A stretch of 64,000 nucleotides of DNA from Patescibacteria group bacterium (GCA_004297215.1 SCUM01000001.1:289181-353180), one strand, 5' to 3'; counted from the stretch's first letter, positions 47,101-55,048 are shown. Numbers and translations: made by a program. Notes: a model not told the origin generated them from the letters alone.

Positions 47101-48970
47101 CGGTGATCGGGGTCAGGTTCGGGTTGATAGTGCCGTTCACCGTCGCCGTAGTCGCGGCCACGCTCGTCGCGGCGGTCGTGGTGGGGGTCGGGTCCGCGAG
47201 CACCGCAAGCGTGGTGAACGACAGGATGGTCCCCTGGGCCGATCCCGCCTTCACGCGATAATAGTAGGTCGTGCCGGACGAGAGGCCAGTGAGGCCGAGG
47301 CTGACCGCCGTCGGGTCCGTGAGCCCGTCGAGCGTGCCGGAGGCCGGCGTGGTCGCGGTCGTGGTCGTCGCCCCGACCAAGGTCGGGCTGGTGCCATACT
47401 CGAACTGGCCGGTGAGCACCGCCGTGCCGTTGGGGTCCACCGTGCCGTTGAGCGTCGCGGCGGAGGCGGTGATACTCGTGGCCGGATCCGTGACTGCCGA
47501 GATGCTGAAATCCGCCGTATCGGCGACGACCCCGACCGTGCTGGTGCCTGTGGAGGTGACCGTAATCCTCGACATCGCTGACGCCGTCGCTCCCACGAGG
47601 AAATCGCCGATCTTGGCGTATGCGGTGTTCGCGAAGCTGCCCACCGGCACCCACATCTCGTAGTCGATGCTCGCGGTCGTGCCGGAATTGAGCGTGAACG
47701 GGCCGGTGAAATGCAGCGGCTTGGGGGCCGCGTCCGCGGTGACGGTCACAGGGTCGCCGATCGCGACCCCGGTGCGGCCGATGTCGGTGACGGTCGCGCT
47801 TCCCGGAATGAAGATGGGGCCGGTTGGCGCTTGGTCCACGAACTCGTCCACCGTGAGCGTGGTGGCCGTCGTCGAAGAGGCGGTGAGGCGGTACGGGACC
47901 TCCACGTACGTCTCGCCGCTGCCGCTTTCCCCGGGAACCGCGCACGCGCCCGTGCAGTCCACGACCGTGAGCCCGGTGGTGGTCGTGACGCTCTTGGTAA
48001 GCGCCGCGTTGATGGTGAGCGAGGCGAACGAGATGTCGAGGGTGCCGCCCGCGGCGCCGGTGTCGGAGTGCTTCACCTGGGTGCCGCTCGCGATCTGGGC
48101 GATCGGCACGGCCGTGACCGTGCTCGTTGGGCGCCCCACCACGCGGAAGCCGTAGGAGATGCGGTATTCGGAGTTGTCGACGTTGGTGAGGCCGTTCGCC
48201 CCCGTGATGAGCAGCTGGTTCGCGTAGGTCACCTGGTCGGCGGTGTTGGCCCAGTTGGCGTTGCCGTCGAAGGTGATGGACACGCTTTCAAGGCGCAGCG
48301 CCCGCGTGGGCCAGGTGGACACGGCCGCGGGCGCGAGCCAGATGATGTCGAAATCCGGGGTGGAACCCGCGCCGATCTGCCCGGTCTGGCCCTCGACCGT
48401 GATCGTGACCAGCTGCCCGAGCTCCGGCGAGGTGTCCGAGACCTCGATCGCCGCGGCGCTCGTGAGCCCGTTGTCCGCGAGCTTGTTGGAGGCCGCCTTG
48501 ATGGTCTCCTGCACCTTGGAGAACGAGAAGTCGCATTCGTACAGCACCGTGGCGCCCGCAAGGTCGGGGCGGTCGTCGTACACCTTGAGCGTGTGCCCCT
48601 GCGCCGACATGGTGGCGCCGGTCGCCTTCAGCATGAAGTAGGAGGTGCCGGTCGAGCCATCGGCGAGCGTCGGGAGTTGCATGGCGCTGTCCAGCGCGTT
48701 CGCGAGCGACACGTTGGACCCCGTGAAGGAACTCACCTGCGCCCACAGGCTCGATTGCGAGGATCCCGTCCCGTTGGTCACCCGGTAACCGATGTAGCCC
48801 GCGTCGAGCACCGGCGTGACGCCCGTGTCGATGTAAAACACGTTCCCATGGCTCGGGACCACCGTGATGCCGTTTTGCGCCGCCGCGCCCGAGGAGCAGG
48901 TGACGGCGGAGACGTCGTGGACGTTCGCGAACAGGGACGCGAACGCGGCAAAGACGATGATGCCGCACAT
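44180..48970 (-). CDS. Giant cell-surface protein (~1596 aa): signal peptide, FN3/Ig-like modules, five tandem ~88-aa repeats, two DUF4114-like modules, and a C-terminal peptidoglycan-binding domain
   Basis: Signal peptide MCGIIVFAAFASLFANVHDVSA. FN3-like ...SGTTYYYRVKAGS. Five copies of LAARTLTIDAGSYVASY..TDTPPTITSTASAG.GTKTYTSTTTGVCTIGSTTGIVTFVAAGTCTIDADI..DGTYD.ADATDISFSVT. Two copies of YD(I/L)YIVNPDGTERHM...FED(K/S)G(S/R)DFD(F/Y)(D/N)DV. PG-binding GNVGDAVVRLQEILRCLKHFP...GTYGPITQRAVAAFQ. Confidence 0.8.
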   Translation of the reverse strand: MCGIIVFAAFASLFANVHDVSAVTCSSGAAAQNGITVVPSHGNVFYIDTGVTPVLDAGYIGYRVTNGTGSSQSSLWAQVSSFTGSNVSLANALDSAMQLPTLADGSTGTSYFMLKATGATMSAQGHTLKVYDDRPDLAGATVLYECDFSFSKVQETIKAASNKLADNGLTSAAAIEVSDTSPELGQLVTITVEGQTGQIGAGSTPDFDIIWLAPAAVSTWPTRALRLESVSITFDGNANWANTADQVTYANQLLITGANGLTNVDNSEYRISYGFRVVGRPTSTVTAVPIAQIASGTQVKHSDTGAAGGTLDISFASLTINAALTKSVTTTTGLTVVDCTGACAVPGESGSGETYVEVPYRLTASSTTATTLTVDEFVDQAPTGPIFIPGSATVTDIGRTGVAIGDPVTVTADAAPKPLHFTGPFTLNSGTTASIDYEMWVPVGSFANTAYAKIGDFLVGATASAMSRITVTSTGTSTVGVVADTADFSISAVTDPATSITASAATLNGTVDPNGTAVLTGQFEYGTSPTLVGATTTTATTPASGTLDGLTDPTAVSLGLTGLSSGTTYYYRVKAGSAQGTILSFTTLAVLADPTPTTTAATSVAATTATVNGTINPNLTPITGIQFVYGTVSDLSSGTTTVTVDDGTGTAALTAGGSSTQPFSYAVTGLTSGITYYFKIRACTSALTGTYPNVSCTTAFEGSILNFTTSLASRTLTIDAGSYVASYTLTDTPPTITSTASAGAGTKTYTSTTTGVCTIGSTTGIVTFVAAGTCTIDADIASDGTYDTADATDISFSVTLAARTLTIDAGSYVASYSMTDTPPTITSTASAGTGTKTYTSTTTGVCTIGSTTGIVTFVAAGTCTIDADIDADGTYDTADATDISFSVTLAARTLTIDAGSYVSSYSLTDTPPTITSTASAGTGTKSYTSTTTGVCTIGSTTGIVTFVAAGTCTIDADIDADGTYDAADATDISFSVTLAARTLTIDAGSYVASYELTDTPPTITSTASAGAGTKTYTSTTTGVCTIGSTTGIVTFVSAGTCTIDADIDADGTYDTADATDISFSVTLAARTLTIDAGSYESSYLITEAEPTITSTASAGAGTKTYTSTTTGVCTIGSTTGIVTFVAAGTCTIDADIDADGTYAAADATDISFSITRRSGGGSIVVNPPSNPGSDTGTTTSPEPSAPETTSELPPPSPVTEPVPSQPAPPDVDFSAASYDIYIVNPDGTERHMTDPRYARVERVSDTVDIIRFEDKGSDFDFDDVVIRVDYSDWTRIVVTVLAVDAGWLHNVRIALSNAGALVSDLLIWPDSHLGIGQYALIDANEDGAYVVGAILPIVEDVEEPYVDPAGVLPPLPPTTDVEPPPSVPAADALPAPCEVACDEVGYDLYIVNPDGTERHMGTPYVRVTPAADGRTIVGFEDSGRDFDYNDVRVLVDTRDCSAVTFELLELDAAWHHRLALQVSLRGEPKLDRVVWNDTHEAAGSIRTINAKDDPAMCVEARAPEPVASACVLSSPFTSNLGPGNVGDAVVRLQEILRCLKHFPEDVSASGTYGPITQRAVAAFQALKNIPPIGLVGPLTRAALNAFVRSAPAASGQ
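45495..46850. repeat. Five tandem ~265-bp DNA repeats encoding the 88-aa protein repeats of the giant surface protein
   Basis: Near-identical blocks beginning (minus-strand sense) around 46850, 46590, 46323, 46055, 45790 and 45522. Confidence 0.75.
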
Positions 48971-49068
48971 CCCGATCGCCTTGCCCGCCGAAAACGAGCC
49001 GATTTGACATCGCATATATTGACCCTATCCTACCATGTTCCAATGGAACAGGAGGCGTCCCGTCTCGC

Positions 49069-49218
49069 CTATGCCTCCTCCTGCGGGATTTCGACCGTCA
49101 CCCACCAGTCGTCGTTTTCGCAGCGGTAAAAGACCCTGTCGTACTTTTTTCGGCGGTCGCCGTAGCTCACGTCCTGCCGGAGCTGGCGCATGTTCCGATT
49201 GCAGTTCGGGCATTTCAT
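49069..49218 (-). CDS. Small hypothetical protein (49 aa, CPNC...C, partial zinc-ribbon-like)
   Basis: MKCPNCNRNM...YRCENDDWW. GC3-biased codons and no clear SD. It sits where secE would usually follow tRNA-Trp. Confidence 0.35.
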   Translation of the reverse strand: MKCPNCNRNMRQLRQDVSYGDRRKKYDRVFYRCENDDWWVTVEIPQEEA

Positions 49219-49283
49219 ACGTGAAAATCGTATCACGGCGCGGCGGGAAGCGAAAAATCCCGCTTGAACGAGCGGGATTTTGG

Positions 49284-49354
49284 CAGGGACGGTGGGAATC
49301 GAACCCACGTCAGAGGTTTTGGAGACCTCCGTCCTACCATTGAACGACGTCCCT
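49284..49354 (-). tRNA. tRNA-Trp (anticodon CCA)
   Basis: Manual fold: acceptor AGGGACG/CGTCCCT, anticodon stem GAGGT/ACCTC with loop CTCCAAA, T-arm GTGGG-TTCGATT-CCCAC. Confidence 0.75.
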
Positions 49355-49371
49355 ACGCCGCGGCAGTATGT

Positions 49372-49400
49372 CAAAAACCCGCCCTCTTGTGAAGGGCGGG
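49372..49400 (-). terminator. Rho-independent terminator after rpmG
   Basis: On the minus strand, CCCGCCC-TTCACAAGA-GGGCGGG followed by TTTTT. Confidence 0.6.
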
Positions 49401-49410
49401 GTCTTGATGC

Positions 49411-49566
49411 TTACTTGGTCTCCTTGTGCGGCTGGTGGGCGCGGCAGCCTTTGCAGAACTTCGAAAGCTCCAGGCGCTCCTTGAGCGTCTTCTTGTTCTT
49501 GTGGCTCTGGTAATTGACCGTCTTGCACTGCGTGCACTCCAGCTTGATGAGGAAATCTTGGGACAT
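49411..49566 (-). CDS. rpmG: 50S ribosomal protein L33
   Basis: Hand translation gives MSQDFLIKLECTQCKTVNYQSHKNKKTLKERLELSKFCKGCRAHQPHKETK, which carries the L33 CxxC...CxxC zinc-ribbon and KNKK...ERLEL.K signature. It is under 60 aa, so absent from the ORF track. Confidence 0.8.
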   Translation of the reverse strand: MSQDFLIKLECTQCKTVNYQSHKNKKTLKERLELSKFCKGCRAHQPHKETK

Positions 49567-49623
49567 AATTGGCAATCTGATTGGTCGGAACCTTACGGAA
49601 AAACGCGATTCGTGTCAAGGGAG

Positions 49624-49699
49624 TGGAGCCGTTGACCGGGATTGAACCGGTGACCTCATCCTTACCATGGATGTGCTCTACCAACTGAGCTACAACGGC
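49624..49699 (-). tRNA. tRNA-Thr (anticodon GGU), CCA encoded
   Basis: GCCGTTG-TA-GCTCAGTTGGTAGAGC-A-CATCC-ATGGTAA-GGATG-AGGTC-ACCGG-TTCAATC-CCGGT-CAACGGC-T-CCA. Confidence 0.85.
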
Positions 49700-49790
49700 A
49701 TATTTCTTCTACCAAGTCCGACGCCCTGATGGGGTCGGACCCCCGACCTGCGCCGCAGCGCAGCGTCGGGGCTGAGCTACAACGGCGTGT
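49700..49790 (-). pseudogene. tRNA-Thr 5' fragment (acceptor plus D-arm, 25 nt, identical to tRNA-Thr GGU) interrupted in the D-loop by a structured 57-nt insert; non-functional tRNA-like element
   Basis: Minus strand reads GCCGTTGTAGCTCAG[CCCCGACGCTGCGCTGCGGCGCAGGTCGGGGGTCCGACCCCATCAGGGCGTCGGAC]TTGGTAGAagaaatat and is immediately followed by the intact tRNA-Thr(GGU). Confidence 0.5.
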
Positions 49791-49837
49791 TTTTATCGCG
49801 ATGGCCCCGCCAGCCGAAGCCCCTCAAGGGCGAAGGC

Positions 49838-49912
49838 TGGAGCCGCCTGTCGGATTTGAACCGACGACCTGCTGTTTACAAAACAGCTGCTCTACCCCTG
49901 AGCTAAGGCGGC
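49838..49912 (-). tRNA. tRNA-Thr (anticodon UGU), CCA encoded
   Basis: GCCGCCT-TA-GCTCAGGGGTAGAGC-A-GCTGT-TTTGTAA-ACAGC-AGGTC-GTCGG-TTCAAAT-CCGAC-AGGCGGC-T-CCA. Confidence 0.8.
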
Positions 49913-49913
49913 G

Positions 49914-50150
49914 TTATTCAAGCTTCCAAGTCCCATCCATAAGCTTTTCCTTCTTTATCCTCGACCAGCCCTTAATCTGACGTTCTCTTCTTCTTGCACA
50001 CAGGAGGATCTTGTGGATCTCGTAGTATACGAGACGGACGGGAAGCCGTTTTGCCGTCCATAAAGCGGCCCTGCCCGCACGATGATCTTCCATCCTTCGC
50101 AGAAGATTTTCAGAACAACCTACATAATAACTGCCATCGCCACATTCCAA
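49914..50150 (-). CDS. GIY-YIG nuclease-domain protein (YhbQ/UPF0213-like)
   Basis: VYMLECGDGSYYVGCSENLLRRMEDHRAG...LVYYE follows the GIY-YIG pattern. The start (GTG or ATG near 50150) is uncertain; the ORF track extends to 50246. Confidence 0.55.
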   Translation of the reverse strand: MECGDGSYYVGCSENLLRRMEDHRAGRAALWTAKRLPVRLVYYEIHKILLCARRRERQIKGWSRIKKEKLMDGTWKLE

Positions 50151-50167
50151 CATGTACACGACGACGC

Positions 50168-50301
50168 GCCCTTCGACAAGCTCAAGGCATTCGACTCCTT
50201 TCCTGTTCCCTACGGAAGCGTTTTGCGTCGTATGGTCGCAGACCATGAGCGATCGTCTACCACGGACTCACTGCCCTTCGACAAGCTCAGGGCATTCGAC
50301 T
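50168..50301. repeat. Two 29-nt direct repeats GCCCTTCGACAAGCTCA(A/G)GGCATTCGACT, 105 nt apart, between the GIY-YIG gene and tRNA-Tyr
   Basis: Copies at 50168-50196 and 50273-50301, identical except for one position. Confidence 0.7.
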
Positions 50302-50330
50302 ACCACATAAACGGCACGAAGGTAGTCGAA

Positions 50331-50416
50331 TGGTGGGTGGAGAAGGGTTCGAACCTTCGAAGGCGTGAGCCAGGAGATTTACAGTCTCCCCCGTTTGACC
50401 ACTTCGGTATCCACCC
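50331..50416 (-). tRNA. tRNA-Tyr (anticodon GUA), long variable arm, CCA encoded
   Basis: GGGTGGA-TA-CCG-AAGTGGTCAAA-CGG-G-GGAGA-CTGTAAA-TCTCC-TGGCTCACGCCTTC-GAAGG-TTCGAAC-CCTTC-TCCACCC-A-CCA. Confidence 0.8.
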
Positions 50417-50450
50417 GTTGGTTGGAAAGGTGCCGAAAGGATAGCAAAAC

Positions 50451-51263
50451 CTATCCTTCTTGTGAAGGCTCGGCCTCTGGCAGCGCTGACAGGCTTTCCT
50501 CGAAGACGGGGATCTTCTGGTTGTCAGGATTGCTCGCCTTGAGGCTCGCAATCCCCTTCTCGGCGTCCTTGCGTTCCTTGGCGAGGAGCGCGGTCTCGAT
50601 GTAGCGGTCGAGGTACTTGGGATTGTGGGGCCGCTTCTCCACGGACTCGCGCAGGTGCGCGAGCGCGGCCTGCGTCTTCCCTTCGGCCAGGTCAAGGTCC
50701 GCGAGGCTCATGTGAACCGAAGCGTCCCCCGGAGAAAGGCGCAGCGCGAACGCGAGCGCCTCGCGCGCCTGGTCGTACTGCTTCACCTCGAAATACAGGT
50801 TCCCGAGCCCCTCGTACGCCTCGGCGCACTTCGGGGAATGGCTGATCGCCTCGATGTACTTCTTCTCGGCCTGGATGGGCTCGCCCTCGCGCGCGAACGC
50901 TTCCGCGGCCTCGAGCATCCCGCGGACGGCCTCGGGACCGACCGCCGCGCCGGCGTGCGATGGCGCGCGCTTGAGCTTCTGGTAGTACTGCTCCATCCTG
51001 TACAGCCGCTGCACGGCGAGGCGTCCGAGGCGCATGGCCCCCTTCCCCCCGGCGATGACGGCGCGACCGAGGCGCCCGAGCTTCTCGCTTTGCAGCCGCG
51101 CCACGCGATCGAGGATGATCGCCTCCTTCACGCGCCTGGTCCGCTCATCCGAGTCCGTGGACGTCTCCATCACCCGCAACTGCGGGATCTTGCGGACCAC
51201 GATCACGCCAAGCACCGCGACGGAGGCGAGGAGCAGGAGGAGGGGGATGAGCCAGAGCACCAT
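50451..51263 (-). CDS. Membrane-anchored TPR-repeat protein
   Basis: Start MVLWLIPLLLLLASVAVLG (TM). TPR-like repeats AEAYEGLGNLYFEVKQYDQAREALAFALRLSP. Confidence 0.6.
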   Translation of the reverse strand: MVLWLIPLLLLLASVAVLGVIVVRKIPQLRVMETSTDSDERTRRVKEAIILDRVARLQSEKLGRLGRAVIAGGKGAMRLGRLAVQRLYRMEQYYQKLKRAPSHAGAAVGPEAVRGMLEAAEAFAREGEPIQAEKKYIEAISHSPKCAEAYEGLGNLYFEVKQYDQAREALAFALRLSPGDASVHMSLADLDLAEGKTQAALAHLRESVEKRPHNPKYLDRYIETALLAKERKDAEKGIASLKASNPDNQKIPVFEESLSALPEAEPSQEG

Positions 51264-51264
51264 A

Positions 51265-51390
51265 TCCCGTACTACAACAAGGACGTTCTCGTCAGGCAAG
51301 CGTCCTGAACGACCGTCTGGGAACAACCGGACTCTCGACCTGGATGGAATACCTCGAAGGGAGCCGACAAAAATGTCCTTGTTGTAGTAC
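51265..51390. repeat. Approximately 19-bp inverted repeat (CCGTACTACAACAAGGACG / CGTCCTTGTTGTAGTACGG) flanking an 85-nt loop, between tpiA and the TPR gene
   Basis: Read directly from the sequence. Confidence 0.55.
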
Positions 51391-51401
51391 GGGGCATACG
51401 G

Positions 51402-52172
51402 TCAGCCTTGGGCTTCGATCACGTCGCAGGCGGCAGAGAGGATCTCGGCGAACTCGGTATGCTTCACGGAGGCGCCGCCCACGAGCACGCCGTCGACCTC
51501 CTTCTCGCGCAGGAAGGAATGGGCGTTCTTCCCGTCCACGGATCCGCCGTACAGCACGCTCAAACGGGATGAGAGGGCTGGAGCGAGCTTCGCCACGAGG
51601 CTGCGGACATGCGCGTGCATCGCCGCGGCATCGGCCGGGGAAGCGGAACGGCCGGTGCCGATCGCCCACACGGGCTCGTAGGCGACGAGCAGGCGCGCCT
51701 GGCCTTTCGGCCGCGCGCCCGTGAGTGCCGCGCGCAGCTGGCGCTCGACGACCGCCTCCTGCGCGCCGGCGTCGCGCTCGGCCGCGGTCTCGCCCACGCA
51801 TAAGATCGCGTTCAATCCGGCCTCAAGCGCGGCGCGCGTCTTTTTCCCCACCATCTCGTCGGTCTCGCCCAGGTGCTGCCGGCGCTCGGAGTGACCGATG
51901 ATCGCATGCGTGACCCCGTGCTCGAGCAGCATCCGCGGCGACACCTCGCCCGTGAACGCGCCAGCATCCTCCCAGAACAGGTCTTGCGCGCCGAGCGAGG
52001 CATGGCTTCGCGCGAGCACCTTGCGCACTTCGGAGAGCGCCGGGAACGGCGGGCACAGCACCGTCTCCGGGAAACAGCTGCGGCCGCGCAGCGCCAAAAG
52101 CACCCCGCGCGCGAGCGCCACGCTCTCGCGGGTGCCGACGTTCATCTTCCAGTTGGCGATGACGGTTTTCAT
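51402..52172 (-). CDS. tpiA: Triosephosphate isomerase
   Basis: IANWKMN near the N-terminus, the catalytic AIIGHSERR segment and VAYEPVWAIGTG; 256 aa. Confidence 0.9.
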   Translation of the reverse strand: MKTVIANWKMNVGTRESVALARGVLLALRGRSCFPETVLCPPFPALSEVRKVLARSHASLGAQDLFWEDAGAFTGEVSPRMLLEHGVTHAIIGHSERRQHLGETDEMVGKKTRAALEAGLNAILCVGETAAERDAGAQEAVVERQLRAALTGARPKGQARLLVAYEPVWAIGTGRSASPADAAAMHAHVRSLVAKLAPALSSRLSVLYGGSVDGKNAHSFLREKEVDGVLVGGASVKHTEFAEILSAACDVIEAQG

Positions 52173-52252
52173 AGAGTCGTAGGCGTTGAAGGCCTTAGGC
52201 GTGAAGGCATAAGGGATTTTCCTGAGGCCTTATCCGCCTGAGGCCTTCACGC

Positions 52253-53536
52253 CTATATTTTCAATCCTGCTTTGGCAGCGAATTCCTTTTCCCTCTTGAA
52301 CGGGCCGATGGCTGCCACGGTGAGACGGGACAGGTCGAGCAGCTCCTTGGCCGCGGCTTTCACTTGGGCCGGCGTCACCTTGTCGAGAAGCGCCAGGTAT
52401 TCGTCGGGGGACTTCACCTTCGGATGGAACAGTTCCTGCGTGGCATACCAGTCCGCGCGGTCGGAGGAATCCTCGAGCGCGAGGCGCAGGCGGCCGCGGA
52501 CGTTCTCCTTGGCCTCCTTCAGCTCACGTGAGGTGACACCGATCGTACGCGCCTTCTTGAGTTCCGAAAGGATGGTGGCGACGGCGACCTTGAGCCGCGC
52601 GGCCTCGAGCCCGGAATGCACCTGGAACACCCCGGTATCCTCCATGGGCTGGTGGCTGGCGCGGATGAAATAGCACAATCCCTTGCGCTCACGCACCGAA
52701 ATGAACAGCCTCGAACTCATGGTGCCCCCAAGGATGACGGCAAGCAAGTGCGCGGCCGGGACCCGCTTGTCGCCGATCGGGTAACCTGGAAAGCCGAACG
52801 CTACCTGGATCTGTTTCGTATCCTTGTTTTCCACGATGAGGCGCGGAGCCTTGCCTGGGGCCGGGATGGCCGCCGGGAGGAACGGCGCCGGTCCTTCCTT
52901 GGCGCGCCGCGACGTGCCGAACGTCTTTTTGAGCAGCGGGAGCGCCTTCTTGTCCACCTTGCCGGCGATCACCACCACGGCGCGCTCGCTCGTGTAATAC
53001 GCGTCGCGAAACGCCAGCACCGCCTCGCGCGTCATGCTTCGTACGGTCCGCTCGCTGCCGCCGATGTCCCATCCGAGAGGGCTCCCGTCGAACATCTTCC
53101 CCTCAAGCAGCTCCTCCACGCGCATCATCGGGTTGTCGCGGTACATGTTGATCTCCTCCACGATCACGCCGCGCTCGCGGTCCATTTCCGCCTTGTCGAA
53201 CTTCGAGTGGAACAGCATGTCGTTCAGCAGGTCGACGGCGAGGTCGAGGTGCGCGGCATCCACCTTGATGTGATAGCCGGTCCAGCTCTTGGAGGTGAAC
53301 GCGTTGTAATCGGCGCCCACCGCGTCGAGCGCGCGGGAGATGTCGATCGTCTTCGGCCGGCGCTTGGTCCCCTTGAACATCAGGTGCTCGATGTAGTGCG
53401 CCGCGCCGTTGATGCTTCGCGCCTCATAGCGGCTCCCCACCTTGAACAGCACGAACACGGTGGCCGCATCGGTCCCTTCGAACGGGACCAGGTGCACGCG
53501 CATGCCGTTTGAGAGGACGTGACGGGAAGATTTCAT
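52253..53536 (-). CDS. M16-family zinc peptidase (insulinase-like)
   Basis: Inverted zinc motif GAAHYIEHLMFKGT (HxxEH...E); 427 aa. Confidence 0.85.
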   Translation of the reverse strand: MKSSRHVLSNGMRVHLVPFEGTDAATVFVLFKVGSRYEARSINGAAHYIEHLMFKGTKRRPKTIDISRALDAVGADYNAFTSKSWTGYHIKVDAAHLDLAVDLLNDMLFHSKFDKAEMDRERGVIVEEINMYRDNPMMRVEELLEGKMFDGSPLGWDIGGSERTVRSMTREAVLAFRDAYYTSERAVVVIAGKVDKKALPLLKKTFGTSRRAKEGPAPFLPAAIPAPGKAPRLIVENKDTKQIQVAFGFPGYPIGDKRVPAAHLLAVILGGTMSSRLFISVRERKGLCYFIRASHQPMEDTGVFQVHSGLEAARLKVAVATILSELKKARTIGVTSRELKEAKENVRGRLRLALEDSSDRADWYATQELFHPKVKSPDEYLALLDKVTPAQVKAAAKELLDLSRLTVAAIGPFKREKEFAAKAGLKI

Positions 53537-53595
53537 AGGATGGAAGGCCTTAGGCGGACAAGGCTTCAGCGCTAAGGCCTTAACGCCTGCGGCCT

Positions 53596-54921
53596 TTACG
53601 CCTTCAACTGATTATTCAAATACCCTTCCAACTCCTCGAGCTTCACCCGTTCCTGCTTCATGCTGTCGCGGTCGCGCACGGTCACGGCCTGGTCGGAGAG
53701 CGTGTCGAAGTCGTAGGTGATGCAGTACGGGGTGCCGATCTCGTCCGCTCGGCGGTAGCGCTTGCCGATGGACTGCGTCTCGTCGTATTCCGTGCGCCAG
53801 CTCTTCGCGAGGCGAAGCGCCAGCTCGCGCGCCGGCGCGGTGAGCTCTTCCTTCTTGGACAGCGGGAGTACGGCAACCTTGATGGGCGCGAGCGCCTTCG
53901 GGAATCGTAAGACGACCCGCTTGTCCGTTTCCCCTTCTCCGGTCGGCGCTTCTTCCTCGTGATAGGCCGAAAGCATCACGGCAAGCACCGTGCGATCGAG
54001 GCCGAACGAAGGCTCGATCACGTGCGGGACGTATTTCTCGTTCGTGACCGGGTCGGTGTAGGTGATGTCCTTCCCGGACGCCTTCGCGTGGTTCGTGAGG
54101 TCGAAGTCCGTGCGGTACGCGAGGCCGTACAGCTCTTCCTGCCCGAACGGGTAGTCGAACTCGATGTCCACGGTGCGCTTCGAATAATGGGCCAGGTCCG
54201 CGGCCGCGATCTCGTGGTCGTGCACCTTCCCCGCGGGGATGCCGCAGGCGGCGATGAAGGCGTGCATCTGAAGGAGCCACGCCTCGAAATGCTGTTCCCA
54301 TTCGCTGGGATGCACGAAATACTCGATCTCCATCTGGTCGAACTCCCGCGTGCGGAAGATGAAGTTCCCGGGCGTGATCTCGTTTCGGAACGCCCGGCCG
54401 ATCTGCGCGATGCCGAACGGGACGCGCTTGCGGCTCGTCATGAGCACCTGCGGGAAGTCGGCGAAGATCGCTTGCGCCGTCTCGGGCCGGAAATACGCGA
54501 CGTTCGCCGCGTCTTCCTTGGGACCGATCCAGGTCTTCATCATCAGGTTGAACGACGCCGGCTCGGTGAACGTCCCCTTGTTGCCGCATTTCGCGCACGC
54601 CTTCGAGAGGTCGATCTTATCGGCGCGATAGCGTTCGTGGCACTGCTTGCACTCGACCAGCGGGTCGGTGAACGTCGCGAGATGCCCGGACGCCTCCCAC
54701 ACCTTGGGGTTCATGATGAGGGCGGCGTCGATGCCGACCATGTCGAGGCGCTGTTGGACGAACGTCTTCCACCAGAGCGCTTTCACGTTGTTCTTGAGCT
54801 CGACCCCGAGCGGTCCGTAGTCCCAGGAGTTGGCCATGCCGCCGTAGATCTCGGAACCGGGAAAGATGAAGCCGCGGCTCTTGCACAGCGCGGTGAGGGT
54901 GTCCATGGTGACGTCAGGCAT
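53596..54921 (-). CDS. glyQS: Glycine--tRNA ligase (alpha2 dimeric, archaeal/eukaryal-type GlyRS)
   Basis: Class II motif 2 AQIGRAFRNEITPGNFIFRTREFDQMEIEYFV, nearly identical to the Thermus GlyRS signature. An anticodon-binding C-terminal domain is present. Confidence 0.9.
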   Translation of the reverse strand: MPDVTMDTLTALCKSRGFIFPGSEIYGGMANSWDYGPLGVELKNNVKALWWKTFVQQRLDMVGIDAALIMNPKVWEASGHLATFTDPLVECKQCHERYRADKIDLSKACAKCGNKGTFTEPASFNLMMKTWIGPKEDAANVAYFRPETAQAIFADFPQVLMTSRKRVPFGIAQIGRAFRNEITPGNFIFRTREFDQMEIEYFVHPSEWEQHFEAWLLQMHAFIAACGIPAGKVHDHEIAAADLAHYSKRTVDIEFDYPFGQEELYGLAYRTDFDLTNHAKASGKDITYTDPVTNEKYVPHVIEPSFGLDRTVLAVMLSAYHEEEAPTGEGETDKRVVLRFPKALAPIKVAVLPLSKKEELTAPARELALRLAKSWRTEYDETQSIGKRYRRADEIGTPYCITYDFDTLSDQAVTVRDRDSMKQERVKLEELEGYLNNQLKA

Positions 54922-55048
54922 ATGGGTTTATCTAGGCTGTTGGAGGCTTCGCCGTTGGTACTTCGTGTTGGTGTCGCTTCGCTCCGTTGGGATCTAACCG
55001 CATCAGCGACCAACGCCGCAGGCTCGAACGGCCCGCAGGCCACCAACG

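Noticed and set aside
50168-50301. CRISPR array
   Set aside because: There are only two repeats, no cas genes, and the spacing (105 nt) is atypical. It is better explained as att-like or regulatory direct repeats.
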